Source: Buchnera aphidicola str. APS (Acyrthosiphon pisum)
GTDB taxonomy: Bacteria > Pseudomonadota > Gammaproteobacteria > Enterobacterales > Enterobacteriaceae
Direction of reading: 5' to 3'
Assembly (NCBI RefSeq): GCF_000009605.1
Contig: NC_002528.1
Coordinates: forward strand, 608,682-640,681
DNA length: 32,000 nt
Position numbers and translations under genes: made by a program. Within the stretch, counting starts at the first letter, position 1, and each line of letters starts with the position of its first letter. This document shows, piece by piece, positions 17,515-29,728 of the stretch. Below the pieces are notes generated by a model that ran no database searches, was not told the DNA's origin, and saw only the letters and a program-made list of their open reading frames with translations.

Positions 17515-18774
17515 TTAAGAGCGTTTCATCATATCAAAAAATTCATCATTTGTTTTGGTCATTGCAAGTTTATTAAGCAAAAATTCCATTGCATCTATTT
17601 CACTCATAGGATGAATAATTTTTCTTAAAATCCACATTTTTTGTAGTTCATCTGGCAAAGTTAATAATTCTTCTTTTCTAGTACCAGATCGATTATAATC
17701 AATAGCTGGAAAAACACGCTTTTCTGCAATTTTCCTAGATAATGGAAGCTCCATATTGCCTGTTCCTTTAAACTCTTCGTATATTACCTCATCCATTTTA
17801 GAACCAGTATCAACTAATGCAGTTGCAATGATTGTCAAACTTCCTCCTTCTTCCACATTACGCGCAGCACCAAAAAATCGCTTGGGTCTATGTAAAGCAT
17901 TTGCATCTACTCCTCCAGTTAATACTTTTCCTGATGCAGGTACTACTGTATTATAGGCTCTTGCTAAACGAGTAATAGAATCAAGTAAAATTATTACATC
18001 TTTTTTATGTTCTACTAATCTTTTTGCTTTTTCAATAACCATTTCAGCCACTTGAACATGTCTTGATGCAGGTTCGTCAAAAGTAGAGGCAACTACTTCT
18101 CCTTTAACTAATCTTTGCATTTCAGTAACTTCTTCTGGTCTTTCATCAATCAATAATACCATTAAAACGCAATCTGGATGATTATAAGCAATACTTTGTG
18201 CTATATTTTGCAGTAATATTGTTTTTCCTGCCTTTGGCGGAGCTACAATTAATCCTCTTTGTCCACGTCCGATTGGTGATGCTAAATCTAATACTCTTGC
18301 GGTTAAATCTTCGGTTGATCCGTTTCCACGTTCCATTCGTAGTCTAGAATTGGCATGTAATGGTGTTAAATTTTCAAATAATATTTTGCTTCTTGCATTT
18401 TCAGGTTTATCATAATTTACTTCGTTTACTTTAAGTAGAGCAAAATATCTTTCGCCTTCTTTAGGGGGTCTTATTTTTCCAGCAATAGTATCACCTGTAC
18501 GTAGATTAAATCTACGAATCTGACTCGGTGAAACATAAATATCATCAGGACCAGCTAAATAAGAGCTATCTGCAGAACGTAGAAAGCCAAATCCATCTTG
18601 TAGTATTTCTAAAACACCGTCGCCAAATATATCTTCTCCACTTTTTGCATGTTGTTTAAGGATGGCAAAAATAATATCTTGTTTACGCATACGCGCTAAA
18701 TTTTCCAACCCCATTTTTTCACCAAGAGTAATTAATTCAGACACTGGCATATTTTTAAGTGCGGTAAGATTCAT
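17515..18774 (-). CDS. rho: transcription termination factor Rho
   Basis: 419 aa, almost identical in pattern to E. coli Rho: [66 protein letters not shown]...PPKAGKT... Confidence 0.98.
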   Translation of the reverse strand: MNLTALKNMPVSELITLGEKMGLENLARMRKQDIIFAILKQHAKSGEDIFGDGVLEILQDGFGFLRSADSSYLAGPDDIYVSPSQIRRFNLRTGDTIAGKIRPPKEGERYFALLKVNEVNYDKPENARSKILFENLTPLHANSRLRMERGNGSTEDLTARVLDLASPIGRGQRGLIVAPPKAGKTILLQNIAQSIAYNHPDCVLMVLLIDERPEEVTEMQRLVKGEVVASTFDEPASRHVQVAEMVIEKAKRLVEHKKDVIILLDSITRLARAYNTVVPASGKVLTGGVDANALHRPKRFFGAARNVEEGGSLTIIATALVDTGSKMDEVIYEEFKGTGNMELPLSRKIAEKRVFPAIDYNRSGTRKEELLTLPDELQKMWILRKIIHPMSEIDAMEFLLNKLAMTKTNDEFFDMMKRS

Positions 18775-18903
18775 AATGGTGGGTTCTTAGTAAAATCGGG
18801 GTATATCTCAAAATAAAAATTATGATATAATTTTAAAATTTATTGAAAAATTTTAAATAAAATGAAATTTTTGATGTATCTAATTAACTGATTTCAATGA
18901 TTT

Positions 18904-19230
18904 TCAGTTAATATTTTCATCTAAAAATTCTTTAAGTTCTAGTTTGGAAACTGCACCTACTTTAGTTGCAAGTACTTCGCTATTATTAAATAACAATAGT
19001 GTGGGGATACTTCTAATAGAATATACTGGAGCAGTATTTGGATTCTCTTCAATATTTAATTTTCCAACAATAACTTTATTAGAATATTCTTTTGATATTT
19101 CTTCTAAAATAGGCGCTAAAATTTTACAAGGATTGCACCATTGAGCCCAAAAATCAACTAAAAAAAAACTTTTTGAGTTTAAAACTTGTTCTTCAAAATT
19201 TTGGTCAGTTAGTTCGATTATTTTATTCAT
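18904..19230 (-). CDS. trxA: thioredoxin 1
   Basis: 108 aa with the WCNPC active site ([16 protein letters not shown]) and RSIPTLLLF, upstream of rho as in E. coli. Confidence 0.95.
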
Positions 19231-19431
19231 TTTAATGTATTTGCTCGATCGTAAGAAATGTTAAATAAATAAAATTTAAATTTTTGTAATTTAAAAGTGT
19301 ATTCCAAGATAATATCATTTTTAATAATTTTTTAAAACTAAATTTAAAAAAATTTTATTTAAAATTATTTTTTTAATATTTGTTTTAAATTATATATTTT
19401 CAATTTTATATCTTCTTTTTTTTAGATGAAT

Positions 19432-21369
19432 CTAAAAAATTTTTTTCTCCCATTTTAAATCTTCTTGAGGTAGTTCAAATAAAAATCTACTAGGAAGCAT
19501 ATCTAAAATTTGACCATATTGAGTGCGTTTGTAACAATAAGTAAAAAACAATTGTTTTTTTGCTCGAGTAATTCCAACATAAGTTAATCTTCGTTCTTCT
19601 TCGATATTATCATTATCGATACTTTTTTGATTAGGTAAAATTCCCTCACACATGCCAATGATAAATACTGCAGGAAATTCCAATCCTTTAGAAGCATGTA
19701 AAGTCATTAATTGTACTCGATCTTGTTGTTCTTTTATAATATTATCATCTAAAATATCACGGATTGTCATCCGTGTAACAATTTGAAATAAAGTCATTGG
19801 TTTTTCAAAATCATCTCCTTTAATCATATTTTTAAACCATTGTGATAATGTATGAACATTATTTATACTATTTTTAATTTTATTAGGATCTTTTAAAAAT
19901 TTAGATAACCATTTTTCATACTCAAGATCATCAACAATATCATCTATAATATTAGATGGTTTCAAACAAGACCACGCAGTGAATTTTTCTATTTTAGAGA
20001 TAAAATTTTTAATTTTTTTTATAGTATTTTCATTTAAAAATTTTTTTATTTCTATATTATTACTAGCTTGAAAAAGACTTACATGTTTTTTATTAGCCCA
20101 TTCTTCTAATTTTTTTAATGTTGTTTTTCCTATTTGACGTGAAGGGATATTTACAATTCTCATAAATGCGTGATTGTCGTCTCGATTAATAACAACACGA
20201 AGATAACTTAATAAATCTTTGATTTCAGGACGTGAAAAAAATGAGGATTTTTCAGAAATATTATATGGTATATTTTCTTTTATTAAAGCTTTTTCAAGAA
20301 TTCTAGATTGATAATTTCCACGATATAAAATAGCAAAATCTCGGTATTTTATTTTTTTTTTAGCATATTGAGATATAATTTTTTTAACTATTTTTTGAGC
20401 TTCATTTTCTTCATTTTTACCTATTAATACTTTTATTAAATTTCCATATTTAAGTTGTGAAAATAGTTTTTTTTCTAAATAATGTATATTATTTGCAATA
20501 AGACTATTCGCAGCTTTTAATATTCTTCCTGAAGATCGATAATTATGTTCCATTTTGATAATTTTTAAATTAGGAAAATCTTTTTTTAATAAAAAAATAT
20601 TTTGAGGATTTGCTCCTCTCCATGAATAAATAGACTGATCATCATCACCGACTAAAGTAAAATCAGAATTTTTATTAGCAAGCATTTTAATAAGTTCGTA
20701 TTGACTATTGTTTGTGTCTTGATATTCATCCACTAATAAATAAGAGATCTTTTTTTGCCAACGTATTTTTATTTTTTTGTTGTTTTTTAATAATAATGTT
20801 GGCATGCAAATCAAATCATCGAAATCTAATATATTAGCTTTATAAAGATAATTAGTATATTGTTCATAAACATATGCAAAATCTTTTTCTTGACTAGATT
20901 TTGCTAATAATTGAACTTGTAAAGGAGTAAGAAATTTATTTTTCCAATAAGAAATCATAAAATTTAATTTTTTTAATAATTGAATATTGTTTTTGATTTC
21001 TTTTTTACATATTTTTTTTAATAAAAGTATTTGATCTTTTTCATCTAATAAAGTGAAATTGTTGTTTAATTCTAACGCATCAATTTCTTTTTTAATAATT
21101 TCAAGTCCTAATGAGTGAAAAGTAGAAATAATTATTTTTTTTATTTCTGGAATATTTAAATATTTCGAAAGACGTATTCTCATTTCATAGGCAGCTTTAT
21201 TAGTAAAAGTTACTGCGGCAATATTATCAGGTTCATATTGGCAATGATTAATTAAATAAATAATTTTATTAATAATAACTTTTGTTTTTCCAGAACCGGC
21301 CCCTGCTAGTATTAGACAGGGCCCATTAGTGAGTTCAACAGCATTTTTTTGAGAAAAATTTAGAGACAT
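19432..21369 (-). CDS. rep: ATP-dependent DNA helicase Rep (UvrD/Rep SF1 family)
   Basis: 645 aa with Walker A AGAGSGKTKV, LLVDEYQDTN, VGDDDQSIYSWRGA, NYRS, LMTLHASKGLEFP and VGITRAK. Its position next to ilvC matches E. coli rep. Confidence 0.92.
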   Translation of the reverse strand: MSLNFSQKNAVELTNGPCLILAGAGSGKTKVIINKIIYLINHCQYEPDNIAAVTFTNKAAYEMRIRLSKYLNIPEIKKIIISTFHSLGLEIIKKEIDALELNNNFTLLDEKDQILLLKKICKKEIKNNIQLLKKLNFMISYWKNKFLTPLQVQLLAKSSQEKDFAYVYEQYTNYLYKANILDFDDLICMPTLLLKNNKKIKIRWQKKISYLLVDEYQDTNNSQYELIKMLANKNSDFTLVGDDDQSIYSWRGANPQNIFLLKKDFPNLKIIKMEHNYRSSGRILKAANSLIANNIHYLEKKLFSQLKYGNLIKVLIGKNEENEAQKIVKKIISQYAKKKIKYRDFAILYRGNYQSRILEKALIKENIPYNISEKSSFFSRPEIKDLLSYLRVVINRDDNHAFMRIVNIPSRQIGKTTLKKLEEWANKKHVSLFQASNNIEIKKFLNENTIKKIKNFISKIEKFTAWSCLKPSNIIDDIVDDLEYEKWLSKFLKDPNKIKNSINNVHTLSQWFKNMIKGDDFEKPMTLFQIVTRMTIRDILDDNIIKEQQDRVQLMTLHASKGLEFPAVFIIGMCEGILPNQKSIDNDNIEEERRLTYVGITRAKKQLFFTYCYKRTQYGQILDMLPSRFLFELPQEDLKWEKKIF

Positions 21370-21438
21370 AAAATATTAATATTTAATAGATGAATTGTAT
21401 TGTTTAATTTATAAATAGAAACTTATATATTTTAATTT

Positions 21439-22911
21439 TTATTTTGCAACTGTTATTGCTTTCATTTTTTTCATATAGTTTCTTAATGTGCATCCGATAA
21501 TTTCTATAGGATGATTCTGTATTTTTTGATTTATCCTATAAAGTTCAATATTATTTACTGATTGATGAGATAATGCGCAACCAAGATCACTTTTGTTGAG
21601 AGTAGATATAAATTCTTTTAAAATAGGATATGCAGATTCAGAAAAAAGATAGCTACCATATTCAGCAGTATCTGAAATAACTTTATTCATCTCATATAAT
21701 TTTTTTCTTGCAATAGTATTGGCAATCAATGGAAGTTCATGTAAGGATTCATAATAAGCTGATTCTTCTTTGATACCCGTTTCAATCATTTTTTCAAAAG
21801 ATAATTCGATACCAGATTTTAATATTGCGATCATGAGTATACCGTGATCATAATATTCTTGTTCTGGTATTTTTTCATTATAAACAGGAGCAGTTTCAAA
21901 AGATGTATTTTTAGTTTTATATCGCCAATTCAATAACTTTAAATCCTGATTTTCCCAATCTTTCATCATTTCATTAGAAAATTCTCCAGAAATAATATCA
22001 TCCATGTGTTTTTGAAAGAGTGGAGATAGTATTTTTTTAATTTCTTTAGAAAGTTTATAGGCTCTTATTTTTGAGGAATTAGATAATCTATCCATCATTA
22101 AGGTGATACCTCCATGTTTAAGAGACTCCGTAATAGTTTCCCATCCATTTTGTATTAATTTTGCCGAATATGCTGGATTACATTTTTCTGTAATCAACTT
22201 TTCATAGCATAATAATGATGCTGTTTGAAGCATACCACATAAAATTGTTTGTTCACCCATTAAATCTGATTTTACTTCAGCTATAAATGACGATTCGAGC
22301 ACACCTGCGCGATGCCCTCCAGTAGAAAAAGCCCAAGCTTTTGCAACTTCTAATCCTATTTTATTAATATCGTTTTCATGGTGAACGGCAATTAATGTGG
22401 GTACTCCAAATCCTCTTTTATATTCTTCTCGTACTTCTGTTCCTGGACATTTTGGCGCTACCATAATAACAGTGATATCTTTTCGTATTTTTTCTCCAAA
22501 TTCTACAATATTAAAACCATGAGAATATCCTAAAACAGCGTTTTTTTTCATTAATTTTTGTAATTTTTTAATGACACTATGATGTTGTTTATCCGGAGTT
22601 AAATTAATTACTAAATCAGCATCGGGTATTAATGCATCATAGTCGTCTACTTTAAAATTATTCTCAATAGCATTAATCCAAGATTGATTTTTATTGGCAA
22701 TACTATTTTTTTTTAACGCATAGGAAATATTTAATCCAGCGTCTCTCATATTTAGTCCTTGATTTAAACCTTGAGCACCACAACCAACAATAACTATATT
22801 CTTATTTTTTAATATATCATTTTTTTTGTTAAATTCTTCTTTTTTCATGAAACGACATTTATTTATTTGATTAATTTTTTGAGTAAAATTTAGTGTATTA
22901 AAATAATTCAT
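21439..22911 (-). CDS. ilvC: ketol-acid reductoisomerase
   Basis: 490 aa. [22 protein letters not shown]...[18 protein letters not shown]...[29 protein letters not shown]...[16 protein letters not shown] is colinear with E. coli IlvC. Confidence 0.97.
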   Translation of the reverse strand: MNYFNTLNFTQKINQINKCRFMKKEEFNKKNDILKNKNIVIVGCGAQGLNQGLNMRDAGLNISYALKKNSIANKNQSWINAIENNFKVDDYDALIPDADLVINLTPDKQHHSVIKKLQKLMKKNAVLGYSHGFNIVEFGEKIRKDITVIMVAPKCPGTEVREEYKRGFGVPTLIAVHHENDINKIGLEVAKAWAFSTGGHRAGVLESSFIAEVKSDLMGEQTILCGMLQTASLLCYEKLITEKCNPAYSAKLIQNGWETITESLKHGGITLMMDRLSNSSKIRAYKLSKEIKKILSPLFQKHMDDIISGEFSNEMMKDWENQDLKLLNWRYKTKNTSFETAPVYNEKIPEQEYYDHGILMIAILKSGIELSFEKMIETGIKEESAYYESLHELPLIANTIARKKLYEMNKVISDTAEYGSYLFSESAYPILKEFISTLNKSDLGCALSHQSVNNIELYRINQKIQNHPIEIIGCTLRNYMKKMKAITVAK

Positions 22912-22958
22912 AATAAAAATTCCTATGTTTTAAAAATATATTTTAAACTAGTAATATA

Positions 22959-24812
22959 TTAAATATTAGATATTTTTTTGTAATCTCTAACTGCTCCTTG
23001 ATCAGCACTAGTTGAAAAGAAAGCATATGCTTTTAAAGCAGAAGAAATATATCTTTTACGACTATGGGGTTTATAAGATAAAGGTCCCTTTGATTCTTCT
23101 TGAAGAATACGATGAGAGAGTTCTTTTTCTGTTATGTTTAAATGGATGGTTCTTTCAGGAATATTTATATTAATAATATCACCATTTTTTACCAAGGCAA
23201 TTATTCCTTTATTTGCAGCTTCAGGTGAAATGTGTCCTATAGAAATACCTGATGTACCTCCGGAAAATCTACCATCAGTAATTAATGCACATGTTTTATC
23301 TAAATTCATAGATTTTAAATATGTAGTTGGATATAACATTTCTTGCATTCCTGGTCCCCCTTTCGGACCTTCGTAACGAATGACAATAATATCACCTGAA
23401 ATTATTTCACCATTTAAAATACTACTGGCTGCTTCTTCTTGACTTTCATATACTTTAGCAACTCCAGAAAAAATATAATTCTTTGCATCTATTCCAGCAG
23501 TTTTAATTATACAGCCATTTTTCGCTAAATTTCCATATAAAATAGCTAACCCTCCATCTTGACTGTAAGCATGTTTACAAGATCGAATACAACCGTTTTT
23601 TCGATCATAATCTAATCTTGTCCATCTAAAATTCTGAGAATATGCTTTTGTTGTACGAATACCACCAGGTCCTGCTTGAAACATATTTATAACATCAGGA
23701 TTATTTGTAGAAAAAATATCGTATTCATCTAATGTTTCTTCTAAATTTAATTGTAGTATGTTTCTTGTATTTTTATGAAGCAAATTAAAACGATTCAATT
23801 CTCCTAGAATACCCATAACACCTCCTGCACGATGAACATCTTCTACATGATAAAGTGAAGTACTTGGTGCAACTTTACAGATATGAGGTATCTTTTTAGA
23901 TAACTTATTGATATTAGACATTTTAAAGTCAACTTTTGCTTCTTGAGCTGCTGCTAATAAATGAAGAATAGTGTTAGTTGAACCTCCCATTGCAATGTCC
24001 AACATCATTGCATTTTCGAAAGACTCTTTATTAGCAATATTTCTTGGTAAAACATTTGTATTATTTTTTTTATAGTAATCTTCGGTAATTTTTACTATAA
24101 TTTGAGCTGATTTGATAAATAAATTTTTGCGATCAATATGAGTAGCTAATAGTGTGCCGTTTCCAGGTAGAGCCAAACCTATTGCTTCTGTTAAGCAATT
24201 CATAGAATTAGCTGTGAACATACCTGAACACGATCCGCATGTAGGACAAGCTGAAGCCTCAATATCTTTGATAAAATCATCTGATATATGAGATTTTCCT
24301 CCATTAATAATAGCATCAACTAAATCAATTTTTATTGTTTTATTATTTTTTTGTATTTTACCAGCTTCCATTGGTCCACCAGAAATAAAAACTGATGGTA
24401 TATTTAAACGCAAAGACGCCATTAGCATCCCGGGTGTTATTTTATCACAATTTGAAATACAAATCATTGCATCAGCACAATGTGCATTAACTACATATTC
24501 TATAGAATCAGCAATTAATTCACGTGATGGCAAGGAATATAACATTCCAGAGTGTCCCATAGCTATTCCATCATCTATTGCAATAGTATTAAATTCTTTT
24601 GCAACTCCGCCTGATTTTTGAATTTCCCCGCAAATAAGTTTACCAACTTCCTGTAAGTGAATATGTCCTGGAACAAATTGAGAAAACGAATTTACTACTG
24701 CAATAATTGGTTTTGTAAAATCTTTCTCAGTCATACCTGTAGCACGCCATAGTGATCTTGCTCCAGACATATTTCTACCCTGAGTAGTTGTGAAAGAACG
24801 ATATTTAGGCAT
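22959..24812 (-). CDS. ilvD: dihydroxy-acid dehydratase
   Basis: [28 protein letters not shown]...[11 protein letters not shown]...[18 protein letters not shown]...[12 protein letters not shown] is colinear with E. coli IlvD (616 aa). I chose ATG at 24812. The track's TTG at 24827 is part of the TTGGAG ribosome-binding region. Confidence 0.96.
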   Translation of the reverse strand: MPKYRSFTTTQGRNMSGARSLWRATGMTEKDFTKPIIAVVNSFSQFVPGHIHLQEVGKLICGEIQKSGGVAKEFNTIAIDDGIAMGHSGMLYSLPSRELIADSIEYVVNAHCADAMICISNCDKITPGMLMASLRLNIPSVFISGGPMEAGKIQKNNKTIKIDLVDAIINGGKSHISDDFIKDIEASACPTCGSCSGMFTANSMNCLTEAIGLALPGNGTLLATHIDRKNLFIKSAQIIVKITEDYYKKNNTNVLPRNIANKESFENAMMLDIAMGGSTNTILHLLAAAQEAKVDFKMSNINKLSKKIPHICKVAPSTSLYHVEDVHRAGGVMGILGELNRFNLLHKNTRNILQLNLEETLDEYDIFSTNNPDVINMFQAGPGGIRTTKAYSQNFRWTRLDYDRKNGCIRSCKHAYSQDGGLAILYGNLAKNGCIIKTAGIDAKNYIFSGVAKVYESQEEAASSILNGEIISGDIIVIRYEGPKGGPGMQEMLYPTTYLKSMNLDKTCALITDGRFSGGTSGISIGHISPEAANKGIIALVKNGDIININIPERTIHLNITEKELSHRILQEESKGPLSYKPHSRKRYISSALKAYAFFSTSADQGAVRDYKKISNI

Positions 24813-25054
24813 TTTAGAGAACTCCAAAAATAAAAATTTTACAAAAACTATTTAATATGAATGATATTATAAAAAGTTTGTATTTGAATAAATTTTTTAT
24901 TTTTATTGTAATAGAAAATTTTTATTGGAAATATATATTTTTTTAGAAATTAGCATTAAGAAGAAGTAGGAATTATATTATTTATATAATAGTGATATTG
25001 ATTTATTTTGTAATAATAATGATTATTAAAAAATTTTCAATTGGTGAATTTTTT

Positions 25055-25128
25055 CAGGGGTGGAAGGATTTGAACCTACAACTTTCGGTTTTGGAGACCG
25101 ATGCTCTACCAAATTGAACTACACCCCT
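25055..25128 (-). tRNA. trpT: tRNA-Trp (anticodon CCA), no encoded 3' CCA
   Basis: The reverse complement is AGGGGTGTAGTTCAATTTGGTAGAGCATCGGTCTCCAAAACCGAAAGTTGTAGGTTCAAATCCTTCCACCCCTG, close to E. coli trpT. There is one U-U mismatch in the T stem. Confidence 0.9.
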
Positions 25129-25298
25129 AATAATTATAAATTATTATCAATTATGATTATATTATTAATATAAATAAAAGTCTAGTGTGTATTTTAAAAT
25201 TTCTAAAAAAATTAAATTTTAGTAATTTTTAGAACTAAAATTTTATTAAAATGTTAGAATATATCTTTTAAAATATTATTGAAAGGTAAATTTTTATT

Positions 25299-26513
25299 AT
25301 GAAAACTCCTATTTATTTAGATTACGCAGCAACTACACCAGTAGAGTTTGAAGTTGCAAAAAAGATGATGAATTATTTAACAATCGATGGAGTATTTGGA
25401 AATTCAGCATCACGTTCTCATAAATTTGGTTGGAAGGCGGAAGAAGTTGTTGATATTGCACGCAATCAAATATCTGAATTAATTGGAGCAGATTCACGTG
25501 AAATTGTTTTTACTTCCGGTGCCACTGAATCTAATAATTTAGCTATAAAAGGTATAGCTAGCTTTCACCAGAATAAAGGAAAGCATATTGTTACTAGTAA
25601 AACAGAACATAAATCTGTTTTAGATACCTGCAGGTATTTGGAAAATAAAGGATTTACTGTAACTTATCTTACACCCAAAAATAATGGTATTATTGATTTA
25701 AATAATTTAAAAAAAAACATAAAGAAAGACACTATTCTAGTTTCTATAATGCACGTAAATAATGAAATTGGTATTATACAAGACATTAATAGTATATCGC
25801 AAATCTGTCGAAATCATGGTGTTTTTTTTCATGTAGACGCAACTCAAAGTGTAGGTAAAATACCAATTGATCTAAAAAAAATACCTATAGATTTAATGTC
25901 TTTTTCTGCACATAAAATTTATGGGCCAAAGGGAATTGGTGGCTTATATGTTCGTCGAAAACCACGTGTACGATTATTATCTTTAATACATGGAGGCGGT
26001 CATGAAAGAGGGATGCGTTCAGGAACTTTACCGGTTCATCAAATTGTAGGCATGGGCGAATCATTTGTATTGGCTAAAAGAAAAATACATGACGATTTTA
26101 TTCATTTAACAAAATTAAAAAATATTCTTTGGAATGGCATTAAAAATATTGAAGAGGTATATTTGAATAGTGATTTACAACAAGGTGCACCTCATATATT
26201 GAATGTTAGTTTTAATTATGTTGAAGGTGAATCATTGATTATGGCTCTTAAAGATTTGGCTATTTCTTCCGGTTCTGCTTGTACTTCTGCTAGCTTAGAA
26301 CCCTCTTATGTTCTAAAATCTTTAGGAATTAGAGATGAATTAGCTCATAGTTCAATTCGTTTTTCTATTGGAAGGTTTACTACAGAAAAAGAGATTATAC
26401 ATGCAATAAAGTTAGTTCACAAATCTATTCATAGATTACGTGAACTTTCTCCTTTATGGGAAATGTTTAAATCAGGAGTTGATTTAAATAGTATTGAATG
26501 GGATCATGTTTAG
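25299..26513 (+). CDS. iscS: cysteine desulfurase IscS
   Basis: 404 aa. [12 protein letters not shown]...[15 protein letters not shown]...[18 protein letters not shown]...[17 protein letters not shown] shows the PLP-lysine and active-site Cys loop motifs. Confidence 0.97.
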
Positions 26514-26543
26514 ACAAAATAATTAATACAAGGTAATTTAACA

Positions 26544-26927
26544 ATGGCTTATAGTAAAAAAGTAATGGATCATTATGAAAATCCACGTAATGTGGGATCT
26601 TTTTCTAGTACTGATCTTAATGTAGGTAGTGGGTTAGTAGGTGCGCCTGCTTGTGGTGATGTAATGAAATTACAAATAAAAGTTAATGAAAAAGGTATTA
26701 TTGAAGATGCTTGTTTTAAAACATATGGTTGTGGTTCTGCTATAGCATCAAGTTCATTAGTTACTGAATGGGTAAAGGGCAAATCTATAGAAGAAGCCGA
26801 ATCAATCAAAAATACTACTATAGTTGAAGAATTAGATCTACCTCCAGTAAAAATTCACTGTTCTATTTTAGCAGAAGATGCAATTAAAGCAGCTATTTCT
26901 GATTATAAGAGAAAAAAAATAAATTAA
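26544..26927 (+). CDS. iscU: iron-sulfur cluster scaffold IscU
   Basis: 127 aa. MAYSKKVMDHYENPRNVG...GAPACGDVMKLQIKV...FKTYGCGSAIASSS...LPPVKIHCSILAEDAIKAA, with the three conserved Cys residues and the LPPVK HscA-binding motif. Confidence 0.97.
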   Translation: MAYSKKVMDHYENPRNVGSFSSTDLNVGSGLVGAPACGDVMKLQIKVNEKGIIEDACFKTYGCGSAIASSSLVTEWVKGKSIEEAESIKNTTIVEELDLPPVKIHCSILAEDAIKAAISDYKRKKIN

Positions 26928-26943
26928 CTTTATAATTATTTGG

Positions 26944-26969
26944 TGTTGAAAGAATATTTTCTTTCAACA
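26944..26969 (+). terminator. intra-operon hairpin between iscU and hscB, a possible attenuator or terminator
   Basis: tGTTGAAAGAA (26944..26954), loop TATT, TTCTTTCAACa (26959..26969). The stem is 11 bp and is followed by AT-rich, T-rich sequence (TATTATATTTTATTTTT). It lies 17 nt after the iscU stop. Confidence 0.45.
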
Positions 26970-27021
26970 TATTATATTTTATTTTTACACCTTATATTAT
27001 TGAATTTGATTTAGGTGACTT

Positions 27022-27546
27022 ATGAATTATTTTACTTTATTTGATTTGCCTAGAAAATTTAACATTGACAAAAAATTACTTTCTCAAAATTTTTACAAAC
27101 TACAATTAAAATTTCATCCAGATTTATTTATAAATGATTCTGAATCTAAAAAAAAAATAATTCTAGAAAAATCAATACAAATTAATAAAGGTTATAAAAC
27201 CTTAAAGAATTTTTTAAATCGAGCAATATATTTTCTTTGTCTAAATGGTTATGAAGTAAAAAAAGAAACTCTTTTATTAAAAAATAATGATTTTTTAATT
27301 AGATATTTTTCTTTATATGAACAATTAGATAATTTAAAAGAGAATAATTTTAATAAAAAAGAATTGAACAATCTCGAACAAATAATACAAAAAAAAATTA
27401 TATATTGCAAAAAAAAAATAGAATTAGAGTTTGAAAAAACAAGATATAAAAAAGTCATTAAAATAATTTCAGAATTACTTTTTTTTGAAAAAATAAAAGA
27501 CGTTTTGAAAAAAGAATACAATATATATTTAAGCCAAATAAATTAG
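27022..27546 (+). CDS. hscB: Fe-S cluster co-chaperone HscB (J-protein)
   Basis: 174 aa. MNYFTLFDLPRKFNIDKKLLSQNFYKLQLKFHPD shows the J-domain HPD motif. It lies between iscU and hscA. Confidence 0.9.
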   Translation: MNYFTLFDLPRKFNIDKKLLSQNFYKLQLKFHPDLFINDSESKKKIILEKSIQINKGYKTLKNFLNRAIYFLCLNGYEVKKETLLLKNNDFLIRYFSLYEQLDNLKENNFNKKELNNLEQIIQKKIIYCKKKIELEFEKTRYKKVIKIISELLFFEKIKDVLKKEYNIYLSQIN

Positions 27547-27557
27547 GATATTTTTAT

Positions 27558-29393
27558 ATGATTTTTTTTAAAAAAAAACACGATAAAAAATTATTATTAG
27601 GTATTGATTTAGGTACGACTTATTCTTTGGCTGCTACAGTACGAGAAAAAAGTGTGATTTTATTGCTAGATAAAAAAAAACGTTATTTATTACCATCAGT
27701 TGTTCATTATAAGAAAAATAAAATATCAGTTGGTTGGAAAGCCCTAGAAAATATTACTGAAGATCCTACTAATACGATTAGTTCTGTTAAACGTTTATTA
27801 GGTCGTTCTATTAATTTTGTTAAAAAAAAATTTCCTATCCTTCCATATTTAATAGAAAAAGACATCCATGAAGGAATTTTTTTTCGTACAAATTTTGGTA
27901 ATATTACTCCTATTGATGTTTCTAGTCATATATTAAAAAAATTAAAAAAAAGAGCGGTTTTATTATTTAATCAAGAAATAGATGCAAGTGTTATTACAGT
28001 TCCTGCATATTTTAATGATTTTCAAAAAAAAGAAACCAAAAAAGCCGCTGTTTTATCCGGAATAAATTTAATAAGATTATTAAATGAACCTACTGCAGCA
28101 GCTGTAGCATATGGTTTGCAAAAACTAAAAAAAGGAATCGTTCTTGTATATGACTTAGGTGGTGGTACTTTTGATGTATCTATATTAAATTTAAATAAGG
28201 GAATATTTGAAGTATTAGCTACTAGTGGAGATTCTAATCTAGGTGGTGATGATTTTGATGATGCTTTAGCAAAGAATATCTATAAAAAATCAAATTTACA
28301 AAATAGATGCAATGATTTTTTCCAAACTTCTTTGCTTCAAATTGCAAAGTCAACAAAATTAAAATTAACAAAATATGAAAAAGTTGAAGTTCATTTTTTT
28401 GATTGGAAAGGTTACATTACTCGTGAAGAATTTAATTTAATTATCATTGATTTTATAAAAAAAACTTTATTCATTTGCTCTGATCTTCTTGAAGAAATCA
28501 ATTTATCAGTTGAACAAATTAAAGAGGTGATCATGGTAGGAGGGTCTACTCGTATCCCACTAGTTCATACGGAAGTTTCAAAATTTTTCAAGAAAGATCT
28601 ATTGAAATCGATTAATCCCGATCAAGTTGTGGCAATAGGTGCTGCTATGCATGTTGATATGCTTTTTAGTAGCAAAAATAATACTAAAAATAAAGTTATA
28701 TTGTTAGATGTAATGCCGCTTTCATTAGGTATTGAAGTTATGGGGGGGTTTGTTGAAAAAATTATTTTTCGAAATACTTCACTTCCTATTTCAAAAACGA
28801 AAGAGTTTACTACTTATAAAGATAATCAAACATCGATTCTTATACATATTGTACAAGGAGAAAGAGAATTAGTAAAAGACTGTATTTCATTGTCTCGTTT
28901 TGTTTTAAGAGATATTAAACCACAAAAAGCTGGATTAGTAAGAATTTTAGTTACATTTCAAGTTGATACAGATGGACTAATCCATGTAAAGATTTTAGAA
29001 AATTATAGCAGTAAAGAAAAAAAAATTATTATTGATAATAATATTACATTAAAAAATTTAAATATTTCTCAAATATTGAAAGATTCATTAAAACATTCAA
29101 AAGATGACTATTATTTTAGAGTAAAAGAAGAAAAAAAAATCGAATGTGTTCGTACTTTAGAAATTTTAAACAAATCTTTAAAAAAACATTTAAAATTAAT
29201 TAGTAAAAAAGAACTGAAAAAAATAAAATATACACAAGAAAAACTACAAAAATCTATACAAGAAGATGACTATTTTTCTATGAAAAATAATTTACAAAAA
29301 TTAGATGAAGTAAGTAAAAATTTTTTTTCGTTACAATTAAAAAATGCCATTGATTGCTCTTCCATTAAAAATATTTTAAAAGAGAACATATAA
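27558..29393 (+). CDS. hscA: Fe-S cluster chaperone HscA (Hsp70 family)
   Basis: 611 aa with [58 protein letters not shown] and [10 protein letters not shown]. Confidence 0.95.
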   Translation: MIFFKKKHDKKLLLGIDLGTTYSLAATVREKSVILLLDKKKRYLLPSVVHYKKNKISVGWKALENITEDPTNTISSVKRLLGRSINFVKKKFPILPYLIEKDIHEGIFFRTNFGNITPIDVSSHILKKLKKRAVLLFNQEIDASVITVPAYFNDFQKKETKKAAVLSGINLIRLLNEPTAAAVAYGLQKLKKGIVLVYDLGGGTFDVSILNLNKGIFEVLATSGDSNLGGDDFDDALAKNIYKKSNLQNRCNDFFQTSLLQIAKSTKLKLTKYEKVEVHFFDWKGYITREEFNLIIIDFIKKTLFICSDLLEEINLSVEQIKEVIMVGGSTRIPLVHTEVSKFFKKDLLKSINPDQVVAIGAAMHVDMLFSSKNNTKNKVILLDVMPLSLGIEVMGGFVEKIIFRNTSLPISKTKEFTTYKDNQTSILIHIVQGERELVKDCISLSRFVLRDIKPQKAGLVRILVTFQVDTDGLIHVKILENYSSKEKKIIIDNNITLKNLNISQILKDSLKHSKDDYYFRVKEEKKIECVRTLEILNKSLKKHLKLISKKELKKIKYTQEKLQKSIQEDDYFSMKNNLQKLDEVSKNFFSLQLKNAIDCSSIKNILKENI

Positions 29394-29728
29394 TGCCTAA
29401 AGTTTTATTTTTACCTCATAAAATTCTATTACCCAAGAGTATTGAATGTGAAGCACAAACAGGAGAAACAATATTAACTGTAGCATTACGGAATAATATT
29501 AAATTAGAACACGCATGCGAACAATCATGCGCTTGTAGTACATGTCACTGTATCATAAAAAAAGGATTTTTTTCTCTTTCAGGATGGTCTGAAAAAGAAG
29601 ATGATATTTTAGATAAAGCTTGGGGTCTTCAATCTGAAAGTCGTTTGAGTTGCCAAGCTGTTATTGGAAAGAGTGATATTGAGGTAGAAATTCCTCTATA
29701 TAATTTAAATTATACTGTAGAGTACTAA
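29393..29728 (+). CDS. fdx: [2Fe-2S] ferredoxin (isc-type)
   Basis: 111 aa. MPKVLFLPH...[14 protein letters not shown]...SRLSCQ shows the adrenodoxin-type Cys pattern. Its ATG overlaps the hscA stop in a TAATG junction. Confidence 0.95.

Noticed and set aside
17756-17956. 66-aa ORF antisense to rho
   Set aside because: It is a shadow ORF inside the most conserved gene of the window.
18883-18912. 9-bp inverted repeat (ATTAACTGA / TCAGTTAAT) overlapping the trxA stop codon; considered as a trxA-rho attenuator
   Set aside because: The stem is short and AT-rich, the loop is 12 nt, and no U-tract follows on the minus strand. Evidence is insufficient to call a terminator.
18944-19144. 66-aa ORF antisense to trxA
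   Set aside because: It is a shadow ORF inside trxA.
23134-23376. 80-aa ORF antisense to ilvD
   Set aside because: It is a shadow ORF inside ilvD.
25214-25243. 10-bp inverted repeat AAATTTTAGT / ACTAAAATTT, with a 10-nt spacer, about 55 nt upstream of iscS; considered as an operator remnant because iscR is absent
   Set aside because: It is composed almost entirely of A/T in a region full of AAATTT-type repeats, so chance occurrence is plausible. It has no resemblance I can assert to IscR sites. It is worth revisiting only if conserved across strains.
26573-26809. 78-aa ORF antisense to iscU
   Set aside because: It is a shadow ORF inside iscU.
27249-27521. 90-aa ORF antisense to hscB
   Set aside because: It is a shadow ORF. 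Its F/S/L-rich translation comes from antisense of K/E/N-rich sequence.
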